43,700 nucleotides of DNA, from the NCBI GenBank assembly GCA_001785985.1, contig MFVE01000006.1, positions 33,049 to 76,748 of the forward strand, read 5' to 3'. Numbering within the stretch: position 1 is the stretch's first letter; every line of letters begins with the position of its first letter. The DNA is from Candidatus Nomurabacteria bacterium RIFCSPLOWO2_01_FULL_42_17 (GTDB lineage: Bacteria; Patescibacteriota; Minisyncoccia; Phycocordibacterales; UBA9973). The notes beneath the pieces were generated by a model. That model did not search any database. It was not told where the DNA came from and saw only the letters and a list, made by a program, of their open reading frames with translations. This document shows positions 9,875-17,750 of the stretch, piece by piece. The translations under genes and the position numbers were made by a program.

Positions 9875-10897
9875 ATGCTAACACAAGAACTAAGATCGGA
9901 GCTTCAACAAGTTCCGACGCTCATCGTTGGTAGGAGTCAAAAGGCGGGAGAAATGCGTGAACTTGCTCAGCGACTCGGAAAGACAGGTCACACTGTCCTG
10001 ATCCAGGGCGAAACTGGGACAGGAAAAGAAATCGCCGCAAAAGAAATTCACAACAATGGAAGGCAAAACCGCCCATTTGTTCCAGTGAATTGCTCTGCGA
10101 TCACTTCCACTCTCTTTGAGAGCGAAATGTTTGGCCACAGAGAAGGTTCGTTCACGGATGCTTACGAGGACAGGAAAGGTTTCTTCGAATCAGTCGAAGA
10201 TGGCACCATCTTGCTTGACGAAGTGGGGACACTGCCCCTTGATTTTCAAGTGAAACTTCTGCGCATCTTGGAAGATGGGATGTTCAGCCCAGTTGGCGAT
10301 CGACGCAAGATTCAGATGAAAGCAAGAGTTATTGCTTCGACTAACACCGATTTGAAGCAAGCAGTGACTGATGGCAAGTTCCGCTCGGATCTCTTCTATC
10401 GTCTAAACGTGATTCCCTTGAACGTTCCGTCTTTACGGGATCGTCTCGAAGATGTACCCGTTCTAATCGAATACTTTCTCAGCCAAGAGAAAGACGAGAT
10501 TGGCATGTCTACTCGTGGTGCTCTGATGCGAGAGTATCACGGTTACAATTGGCCGGGGAATGTTCGTGAACTCAAGAACGCTGTAGCGCGTATGGCGTTT
10601 TTTGCTGAAAGGGACGAGACTGTTCAGTCAGACCACGTTCAGCCATACATGAAGAGCATGTTTGTCGGTGGGGAGCAAGAAGATGTGAGTTTTGCCACTC
10701 AAGTCGAATCTGAGATCCACACTTGCTATAAGGCAGAGGGAAAGTTCTTCAACTTTACTGAGTTGCACAAGGATTATCTACGTAAAGTTCTCAGGGAAAC
10801 GAGAGGTTGCGCCATGGAAGCCGCTTCTATTGTAGGTGTGAGTGAAGCAACCCTCTATAGATGGATTCGGCAGTTTCACATCAACAGATGTGAATGA
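9875..10897 (+). CDS. Sigma-54-dependent enhancer-binding AAA+ protein with Fis-type HTH and no N-terminal regulatory domain
   Basis: GETGTGKE, ESEMFGH, GSFTDA (GAFTGA variant), LLDEV, RSDLFYRL, WPGNVREL, AASIVGVSEATLYRWI. Confidence 0.93.
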   Translation: MLTQELRSELQQVPTLIVGRSQKAGEMRELAQRLGKTGHTVLIQGETGTGKEIAAKEIHNNGRQNRPFVPVNCSAITSTLFESEMFGHREGSFTDAYEDRKGFFESVEDGTILLDEVGTLPLDFQVKLLRILEDGMFSPVGDRRKIQMKARVIASTNTDLKQAVTDGKFRSDLFYRLNVIPLNVPSLRDRLEDVPVLIEYFLSQEKDEIGMSTRGALMREYHGYNWPGNVRELKNAVARMAFFAERDETVQSDHVQPYMKSMFVGGEQEDVSFATQVESEIHTCYKAEGKFFNFTELHKDYLRKVLRETRGCAMEAASIVGVSEATLYRWIRQFHINRCE

Positions 10898-10942
10898 AGG
10901 TATGCTCGTCACTATCCGAGCAGAAAGGAGAAAATCAAAAAA

Positions 10943-10979
10943 CCGGCAGTTGCACCCTCGAGGTGGGCTGTCGGCTTTT
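10943..10979 (+). terminator. Intrinsic terminator after the sigma-54 activator gene
   Basis: ccggcagtt-gcacc-ctcga-ggtg-ggctgtcgg followed by ctttt. Confidence 0.7.
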
Positions 10980-11023
10980 AATTTCAACTTGACTATTTTA
11001 ATGTCCCAGCGGATACTGAATTT

Positions 11024-11749
11024 ATGGCAAAATTTTATGTGGTGGCGACGCCGATCGGAAATATGGGGGACATAACTCTGCGAGCGATCGAGACGTTGAA
11101 AAGCGTGGATTTGATATTATGCGAAGATACCCGAGAAACTAAAAAGATTTTACAGAAATATAATATTAATACTGCAACGATGAGTTACCCATCCGACGAT
11201 GTCGTCGGAAAAAACTCCAGACAAAGCAATAAATTTAGTAAAATTTTTGAATTATTAGAAGAGGGGAAAAATCTGGCTCTGGTTTCTGACGCCGGCACGC
11301 CGGGCATTTCTGATCCAGGCGCGATGCTTGTTTCAAAAATAAAAGAAAAATTTAACTGCGTTAGGCAAGACCTAACGCAAGAAGTACAGGTGATTCCAAT
11401 TCCGGGTCCCTCGGCTGTAATAACAGCATTATCAGCTTCAGGCTTGCCGATTCACGAATTTACTTTTTTAGGATTTCTTCCGCATAAAAAGGGTAGGGAA
11501 ACTTTATTTAAAGAAATTGCCGGCGCAAAACGTACGATGGTATTTTACGAATCTCCGCACAGGATTTTAAAAACCCTAGAATCACTTGTGAAATTTTGTT
11601 CCGTAGAAAATCCGAAAAAAGTTTGCATTGCGCGCGAGCTGACAAAAATTTATGAAGAATTTAAAACTGGTTCACCGGCGGAAGTTTTACAGTATTTAAT
11701 TGAAAATCCAGAAAAACAAAGAGGGGAGTTTACGGTGATAGTTTCTTAA
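11024..11749 (+). CDS. rsmI: 16S rRNA (cytidine1402-2'-O)-methyltransferase
   Basis: YVVATPIGN, CEDTR, SDAGTPGISDPG, PGPSA, FYESPHR, RELTK, RGEF; promoter TTGACT-17-GATACT 6 nt before ATG. Confidence 0.97.
   Translation: MAKFYVVATPIGNMGDITLRAIETLKSVDLILCEDTRETKKILQKYNINTATMSYPSDDVVGKNSRQSNKFSKIFELLEEGKNLALVSDAGTPGISDPGAMLVSKIKEKFNCVRQDLTQEVQVIPIPGPSAVITALSASGLPIHEFTFLGFLPHKKGRETLFKEIAGAKRTMVFYESPHRILKTLESLVKFCSVENPKKVCIARELTKIYEEFKTGSPAEVLQYLIENPEKQRGEFTVIVS
11192..11209. repeat. In-frame palindrome in rsmI (1)
   Basis: tccgacga-tg-tcgtcgga, encoding SDDVVG. Confidence 0.7.
11357..11379. repeat. In-frame palindrome in rsmI (2)
   Basis: tgcgttagg-caaga-cctaacgca, encoding CVRQDLTQ. Confidence 0.75.
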
Positions 11750-11758
11750 ATTTTAGAG

Positions 11759-11798
11759 AAAAAAAATCTAGGAGCGACTCGTGAACGAGTGCTCCTAG
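11759..11798 (-). terminator. Intrinsic terminator for the minus-strand small ORF
   Basis: ctaggagc-g-actcg-tgaa-cgagt-gctcctag with an A-tract on its left (U-tract on the minus strand). Confidence 0.75.
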
Positions 11799-11819
11799 GG
11801 TGACGACCTTCGATTACGA

Positions 11820-11993
11820 TTACTTTTCTTCGAGGTCGTTGGGGATGTGTTGGTGGTGTTTTTGTTTCAGACGATGAATCACTCGCAACTCTTCTTCACG
11901 AGCGCTTATTTCGTTTTCTTGTCCAGCGACCACCTGCTCAATGTTGGGTCGAGAATTCGCTTCTGACCCAGCCTTTGATGGAAAGAACCACAT
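11820..11993 (-). CDS. Small hypothetical protein (57 aa)
   Basis: Perfect SD AAGGAGGT 3 nt before ATG 11993 (MWFFPSKAG...), promoter TTGCAA-17-TATATT, own terminator; the ORF track starts at 12032. Confidence 0.55.
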   Translation of the reverse strand: MWFFPSKAGSEANSRPNIEQVVAGQENEISAREEELRVIHRLKQKHHQHIPNDLEEK

Positions 11994-12070
11994 ATTACCT
12001 CCTTTTAGGTTAATGGGTTGTCTACTCTTCATTAAAGAATATAAACAATATCAAAAAAATTTGCAACAAC

Positions 12071-12382
12071 TCATCTCAATTTGTGTTTCAAGCAAGTAAT
12101 AATAGACCAATCGAAGCCGCCTTTTTCTGCCAAGTATTTCATTTTATCTAAAGCCCAAATAGAGTCGTCTAAAACCTCATTGCACGCTAGGTACAATTTT
12201 TTTGCTTCGCTGGCGAGCTTTCTGTATTCATATCTGCCCGTATAAAAATCTTTCGGCATTTTTTCCCAGCCGTTCATTTTGTAGTAACAATTCACAATTT
12301 CATGAACTGGGTTTACAGCTTGTTTGTGTTTTTTTAGGTTTGCTAGATACCCCGCAAACGGATTTTTTAGATCATCTCCCAC
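12071..12382 (-). CDS. Hypothetical protein
   Basis: 103-aa ORF; TAAAAT 6 nt before GTG; divergent from mreB. Confidence 0.75.
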   Translation of the reverse strand: MGDDLKNPFAGYLANLKKHKQAVNPVHEIVNCYYKMNGWEKMPKDFYTGRYEYRKLASEAKKLYLACNEVLDDSIWALDKMKYLAEKGGFDWSIITCLKHKLR

Positions 12383-12420
12383 ACTTTGATTTTATCACAA
12401 AAATAATATATATTGGCCAG

Positions 12421-13434
12421 ATGGGTATTTTTACTAAAAAACTGGGTATAGATCTAGGAACGGCCAATACTCTCGTATTCTTGCCTGGTAAAGGAATCAT
12501 CTTGAACGAACCTTCAGTGGTAGCGGTTTCTGAGCAGGATAACAAGATTCTAGCGATTGGCTTTGAAGCCAAAGACATGATCGGTAAAACTCCAGAATCT
12601 ATCATCACTTATTGTCCAATGAAAGACGGCGTGATCGCGGATTATCGGGTAACCGAAGCAATGCTGCGTTATTTTATAAATAAAGCGATGGGGCGTTTTA
12701 ATTTTTTTAAGCCGGATGTGATGGTCTCCGTGCCAGCCGGTGTCACCAGCACAGAGAGGCGAGCGGTGATAGAAGCAGCCATTCGCGCTGGCGCTAAAAA
12801 TGCTTATGTGGTGAAGGAACCCATCTTGGCCGCGATCGGCGCTGGCATTCCTATTTATGAATCGAGGGGGCATATGGTGGTGGATATCGGTGGGGGCACG
12901 ACGGACGTGGCGGTCATATCTCTTGGCGGGATTGTTTCTTCTACCTCGGTCAAATGCGCTGGAAATAAAATAGATCAGGCTATCGCGGACTACATCAAAA
13001 AAACTTTCAATCTAGCGATCGGCGACAGGACAGCCGAAGAAGTGAAAATAAAGATCGGCGCGGCGGTGCAGTTGGAAGAAGAACTCTCGGTGACGATCAA
13101 AGGCCGGGATTTTATTCAAGGATTGCCTCGGTCTGCGAGAGTGGGAACCAATGAAATAGTCAAAGCGATAGACGGGGAATTAAAACAAATAATCAAAGCG
13201 ATCAAAGATGTTTTGCAGGAAACTCCTCCAGAGCTAGCTTCAGACATCATCGATCAGGGCATCATTATGACCGGCGGGTCATCTCTCTTGCGGAATTTTA
13301 CTGATTTAGTTTATCGCAAGACCGGTGTCAAGGCGGCTCTGGCCGAAGATCCGCTTTTTTGCGTGGTCAAGGGCACGGGCATCGCGCTGGAGCATTTGGA
13401 TGTGTACAAGAAGACGGTTTTAAGTAAAAAGTAA
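12421..13434 (+). CDS. mreB: Rod shape-determining protein MreB
   Basis: LGIDLGTANT, PMKDGVIAD, VDIGGGTT, LQETPPELASDI; start 12421 supported by TTGATT-17-TATATT 6 nt before ATG. Confidence 0.97.
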   Translation: MGIFTKKLGIDLGTANTLVFLPGKGIILNEPSVVAVSEQDNKILAIGFEAKDMIGKTPESIITYCPMKDGVIADYRVTEAMLRYFINKAMGRFNFFKPDVMVSVPAGVTSTERRAVIEAAIRAGAKNAYVVKEPILAAIGAGIPIYESRGHMVVDIGGGTTDVAVISLGGIVSSTSVKCAGNKIDQAIADYIKKTFNLAIGDRTAEEVKIKIGAAVQLEEELSVTIKGRDFIQGLPRSARVGTNEIVKAIDGELKQIIKAIKDVLQETPPELASDIIDQGIIMTGGSSLLRNFTDLVYRKTGVKAALAEDPLFCVVKGTGIALEHLDVYKKTVLSKK

Positions 13435-13596
13435 TATCTTGAAAATAAAATAGTTCTTAAGAAAAGCCTTGCGCAGGAGATTAGAAAATAAAAGCGGTAC
13501 TCCGATTATTATTTTCTTGATCGACGAGCAGTTCGCTGGCAAAGCTTTGCCAGACAGATTGCTTTTTGAGAGAAGCTATTTTATTTGCAAGATATT
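13433..13596. repeat. 164-bp element with ~35-bp imperfect terminal inverted repeats and internal hairpins (MITE or ncRNA)
   Basis: aatatcttgaaaataaaatagttc... pairs with ...gaagctattttatttgcaagatatt; internal agaaaataaa/tttattttct stem and perfect palindrome ctggcaaagctttgccag. Confidence 0.7.
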
Positions 13597-13604
13597 TTGA
13601 TAAA

Positions 13605-14324
13605 ATGAAAATAAAAGAACATTTAGATAAAAAAAATTTGCATCATGCTTATCTCATTGAGGGGGATAGGGGCAAAATCGTGCCTGAGATTTTAGAATTC
13701 TGCGAGGATTTAGGGTTAAAAACTTCCGGTAATCCGGATTTTTGTCATATTGTCGTTGATAATTTTAAAATAGATGAAGCATTAAATTTACGCTCGATGG
13801 GAAGTGAAAAAAGTTTTTCCCTGAATAAAAAAATATTTCTTGTTTGTTCCAATAGTTTTACTTTGGACGCGCAAGGGACTCTGCTAAAAATGTTTGAAGA
13901 GCCAAAAGAAAATGTACATTTTTTCTTGGTTACGCCGGATGCAAATTCACTTCTGAAAACCCTTGTTTCTAGATTTTATTTTATCTCCACGCGGAAAGAC
14001 CTCGCATCCGATCTCGAAAATGCCGAGAAATTTATAAAAATGTCTTTGCCAAAGAGGATTGATTTTCTGAAAGAATTATTACCTCCCAAAAAAGAAGAGA
14101 ATGACGAAGAAGCAAGTGAAGTAAGTACAGAATCCAACAGCTCTAAAGCTCTAAAATTTCTAAATTCGCTGGAATCTGTCTTACACCAACAACTTATGTC
14201 AAAGCCCGCCTTTGACATGGGTTGTTTTGAGCATTTTTTCAAGGTACGTGAATTTCTCCGCATGCCCGGCAGTTCCGCGAAAACGTTGATGGAATCTGTG
14301 GCGATGATCACACCTGTGCTATAA
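13605..14324 (+). CDS. DNA polymerase III delta-prime-like clamp loader subunit
   Basis: LHHAYLIEG, NPDF, AQGTLLKMFEEP, LLKTLVSR; start probably ATG 13605. Confidence 0.8.
   Translation: MKIKEHLDKKNLHHAYLIEGDRGKIVPEILEFCEDLGLKTSGNPDFCHIVVDNFKIDEALNLRSMGSEKSFSLNKKIFLVCSNSFTLDAQGTLLKMFEEPKENVHFFLVTPDANSLLKTLVSRFYFISTRKDLASDLENAEKFIKMSLPKRIDFLKELLPPKKEENDEEASEVSTESNSSKALKFLNSLESVLHQQLMSKPAFDMGCFEHFFKVREFLRMPGSSAKTLMESVAMITPVL
14196..14218. repeat. In-frame palindrome in the holB-like gene
   Basis: atgtcaaag-cccgc-ctttgacat, encoding MSKPAFDM. Confidence 0.75.
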
Positions 14325-14331
14325 TAGAATT

Positions 14332-14883
14332 ATGCAATACAACTTTTCAAATTTTAAAATAGAACTCAAAAAGGTGGGGGATTTTTTAGGGAATGAATAC
14401 AGTCAATTAAATATCGGACGAGCGTCGCCGATGGTTTTAGACGGGGTGGCCGTGGAATCATACGGTTCGCGCGTTCCGTTAAAAAATGTGGCTTCTGTTT
14501 CTATCGAAGATCCAAGAACTCTGCGGGTAGCGCCCTGGGATAAGGGCCAAATCAAAGATATAGAAAAAGCAATCCAATCCTCAAATTTAGGATTGTCGGT
14601 GGCGACTGATGACCTGGGCATCAGAGTTATCTTTCCCCAATTAACTACTGAAAGCAGGCAATCTCTCGTAAAAGTTCTAAAAGAAAAATTAGAAGAACAA
14701 AGAATCACAATACGTCGAGAACGCGAACGTATCTGGGAAGATGTGCAAGAGAAAGAAAAAGAAGCGAAGCTGACCGAAGATGAAAAGTTTAGAGCTAAAG
14801 ACGAATTGCAAAAGATTATTGATGAAGCAAATAAAAATTTAGAAGCAACTTTTGAGAAAAAGCAAAAGGAAGTGATGGGATAG
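14332..14883 (+). CDS. frr: Ribosome recycling factor
   Basis: GRASP, YGSRVPL, APWDK, FPQLTTESR. Confidence 0.96.
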   Translation: MQYNFSNFKIELKKVGDFLGNEYSQLNIGRASPMVLDGVAVESYGSRVPLKNVASVSIEDPRTLRVAPWDKGQIKDIEKAIQSSNLGLSVATDDLGIRVIFPQLTTESRQSLVKVLKEKLEEQRITIRRERERIWEDVQEKEKEAKLTEDEKFRAKDELQKIIDEANKNLEATFEKKQKEVMG

Positions 14884-14888
14884 TCGGC

Positions 14889-14919
14889 TAGCTTGTAGCT
14901 TGTAGGGGTTAGCTTTTAG
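14889..14919 (+). repeat. Degenerate heptamer tandem repeat
   Basis: tagcttg tagcttg taggggt tagcttt tag. Confidence 0.65.
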
Positions 14920-14926
14920 AAAATTC

Positions 14927-16027
14927 ATGTCAATTATTATATTTTTCATTATATTGTTAGTGCTTGTGCTTGTCCATGAGTTTGGACATTTTTTTACTGC
15001 GAAGAAGTTTGGCATTCGGGTGGATGAATTTGGCTTTGGTTTTCCACCGAAACTTTTCGGAATTAAAAAAGGGGAGACGGAATACAGCATCAATGCTTTG
15101 CCGTTTGGAGGATTTGTAAAAATATTTGGTGAGAATCCTGATGATGAAAATACAAATGGTCCTGATAGGGAGAGAAGTTTTGTCCATAAAGCAAAATGGA
15201 AACAAGCGATCGTCCTGGTCGCTGGAGTATGCGCCAATTTTTTGCTAGCTTGGCTTTTGTTTTCTATTGGGTTTATGTCTGGGTTCCCGACCTCAGTGGG
15301 TAGCGAGCCCATGAGTTCCAAGCTGACTGATGTAAACTTAACAGTTGTTTCTGTTATGGTGGAATCTCCGGCTTACATAGCAGGACTTAAATCAGGGGAT
15401 AAAATAGTAACTCTCTCAAGTGGTGCTGACTATGTTGTAGATCTAAATCCTGATACCCTTAAATCATTTGTACTGTCCCATAGTGATAAAAAAATTAACC
15501 TTGGATATATACGCGGCAAAGATAAAGTTTTTCATTCTGCTGTCATTACCCCAGTTGTACCCAAGGGGAATGCTGAGCCTATGGTCGGTATATCTATGGA
15601 CATGATTGGCATAGCCAAATTGCCCGTTTTTTCAGCTTTCAAAGAGGGAATGTCTCTAACCATCTCTGTGGCCAAAGGCACTGTTGTGGGCCTTTATACG
15701 CTTATTTCAGAGGGTTTACAGGGCAAAGGTAGCCTCGCCTCGATAACTGGGCCGGTGGGTATGGTGAGTATCGTGGGAGATGCATATCAATTTGGCTTTG
15801 TTTATCTTTTATCTTTTGCCGCGCTTATCTCCGTGAATCTCGCAATCATAAATCTCCTGCCATTTCCCGCCCTTGACGGCGGACGGCTTTTCTTTCTTTT
15901 GATTGAAAAAATAAAAGGTTCGCGAATTAATCCCAAATTTACTAACACAGCCAACATGATTGGTTTTAGTATTTTGATACTTTTGATGGTTGTCGTCACT
16001 TTTCATGATGTGATAAAACTTTTTTAA
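14927..16027 (+). CDS. rseP: Site-2 intramembrane metalloprotease (RseP/M50) with PDZ domain
   Basis: HEFGH, SPAYIAGLKSGD, NLLPFPALDGG. Confidence 0.95.
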   Translation: MSIIIFFIILLVLVLVHEFGHFFTAKKFGIRVDEFGFGFPPKLFGIKKGETEYSINALPFGGFVKIFGENPDDENTNGPDRERSFVHKAKWKQAIVLVAGVCANFLLAWLLFSIGFMSGFPTSVGSEPMSSKLTDVNLTVVSVMVESPAYIAGLKSGDKIVTLSSGADYVVDLNPDTLKSFVLSHSDKKINLGYIRGKDKVFHSAVITPVVPKGNAEPMVGISMDMIGIAKLPVFSAFKEGMSLTISVAKGTVVGLYTLISEGLQGKGSLASITGPVGMVSIVGDAYQFGFVYLLSFAALISVNLAIINLLPFPALDGGRLFFLLIEKIKGSRINPKFTNTANMIGFSILILLMVVVTFHDVIKLF

Positions 16028-16030
16028 ATT

Positions 16031-16768
16031 ATGAAGCAAACAAAATTCATTCACGAAATTCGCGCGGTTAAGACTAAAAAAGAACTTTCAAATATAATCA
16101 GAGCGCAAAGGATAAGTGAGCAGGTCTTGCGAGATGTTTTGAAAATTCTCAAAACGGGTATTAGTGAAATAGAAGTTGCCAATTTTATTAAAAAAACATA
16201 TATCAGCCATGGCGTAAATGTGTTATCTTTTCCGCCGATTGTTGCCTTTGGTAAAAATACTGCCAATATTCATCATACTCCCGGCAAATCCAAATTAAAA
16301 AAAGGCGATCTTATCATGTTCGATTTTGGTTGCACCATTAATCATTATTGTTCTGATATGACTCGTAGTTATTTTTGGGGCCAACCGACTCAAAGACAAA
16401 AGAAGATTTATGAGAGCGTTTTCCGCGCGATGAATTTAGCTATGAATAAAATTAAAAAAGGAGAACGAAGGGCAAAGATGATAGATAAAGCGGCGCGAGA
16501 TTTTTTAAATAAAAAATACGGCAAAAAGAATTTTCAGCACGGGCTCGGACATGGAGTCGGTACGGTGATTCACGAGTGGCCGAATTTCAAGCCAAAAAGT
16601 GAAGATATTTTGCCTGCCGGATGTGTGATGACCATCGAACCCGGACTTTATTTTCAAGGTTTTGGGGGAGTGAGAATAGAAGATATGATTCTCATAACCA
16701 AGAATGGCTGTACGAATTTAACCAATTTTCCTAAAGATTTAAAGAGTGCTATACTAGGCACCATATGA
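16031..16768 (+). CDS. M24 family (Xaa-Pro) peptidase, catalytic domain only
   Basis: DFG, YCSDMTR, HGLGHGVG, IHEWP, TIEPGLY, GVRIED. Confidence 0.92.
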   Translation: MKQTKFIHEIRAVKTKKELSNIIRAQRISEQVLRDVLKILKTGISEIEVANFIKKTYISHGVNVLSFPPIVAFGKNTANIHHTPGKSKLKKGDLIMFDFGCTINHYCSDMTRSYFWGQPTQRQKKIYESVFRAMNLAMNKIKKGERRAKMIDKAARDFLNKKYGKKNFQHGLGHGVGTVIHEWPNFKPKSEDILPAGCVMTIEPGLYFQGFGGVRIEDMILITKNGCTNLTNFPKDLKSAILGTI

Positions 16769-17730
16769 AGAAAAAGTTGAAAATAGGGGTGCTTTTTGGG
16801 GGCAAGTCGGCGGAACACGAGGTCTCGCTGAAGTCTGCAAAAAATGTCATAAATGGGCTAGATAAAACAAAATATCAAATAACTTCAATAAAGATCAACA
16901 AGGATGGTAAATTTGATTTCAATAAAATAAAGAATTTTGATGTGATTTTTCCGGTAATGCATGGACCGTTCGGCGAAGACGGTAGTATGCAAGGTCTTCT
17001 GAAACTTGCCGGCGTGCCGTTTGTTGGCCCGGGCGTTCTCGGCAGCGCGGCTGGTATGGATAAAGATGTGACGAAGAGACTTTTACGAGATGCTGGTATC
17101 CCCATCGGTAAATTTCTCACTTTTAGAGCGGGTGAAAAAATAAATTTTAATAAAATAAAACAAGAGCTTGGTTTGCCCATGTTTATCAAACCGGCAAATA
17201 TGGGTTCATCTGTTGGAGTCAGTAAAGTACGAAATGAAAATGAATTTAAAAAAGCAATCAGAGATGCTTTTCTTTACGATATAAAAATAATTATAGAAGA
17301 GTTTATTGATGGCCGTGAAATCGAATGCGCGATACTCGGCAACGACACGCCGATGGCTTCTATTCCCGGAGAAATTATTGCCAATCAAGAATTTTATTCT
17401 TATAATGCAAAATATATTGATGCGGGGTCTATCGCTGTCATTCCTGCCGAGATCGATAAAAGTACGACAAAAAAGATTCAAACATTGGCGATCCGCACTT
17501 TCCAAGCTTTAAATTGCGAAGGGATGAGTCGGGTAGATGTGTTTCTTACTAAGAAAGGAAATGTGTTTGTGAATGAAATAAATACAATTCCCGGGTTTAC
17601 AGATATCAGCATGTATCCAAAGCTTTGGGAGGCGAGTGGTATTCCAGTATCAAAACTTTTAGATAGGTTGATCGAGCTTGCCTTGGAGCGATTTGCTAAA
17701 GAAAAAAAATTAAAAACTTCTGTAAATTAA
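16765..17730 (+). CDS. ddl: D-alanine--D-alanine ligase
   Basis: GGKSAEHEVS, HGPFGEDG, KPANMGSSVG, FYSYNAKY, NEINTIPGFT. Confidence 0.97.
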   Translation: MKKKLKIGVLFGGKSAEHEVSLKSAKNVINGLDKTKYQITSIKINKDGKFDFNKIKNFDVIFPVMHGPFGEDGSMQGLLKLAGVPFVGPGVLGSAAGMDKDVTKRLLRDAGIPIGKFLTFRAGEKINFNKIKQELGLPMFIKPANMGSSVGVSKVRNENEFKKAIRDAFLYDIKIIIEEFIDGREIECAILGNDTPMASIPGEIIANQEFYSYNAKYIDAGSIAVIPAEIDKSTTKKIQTLAIRTFQALNCEGMSRVDVFLTKKGNVFVNEINTIPGFTDISMYPKLWEASGIPVSKLLDRLIELALERFAKEKKLKTSVN

Positions 17731-17750
17731 ATTTCAGTAAATCATAAAGT

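Noticed and set aside
10905-10940. SD-like GAAAGGAG after the sigma-54 activator, suggesting another small gene
   Set aside because: It is followed by ATC, not a start codon, and then directly by the terminator.
12202-12420. 73-aa N-terminal extension of MreB in the ORF track
   Set aside because: It overlaps the opposite-strand gene. Homology and a promoter point to ATG 12421.
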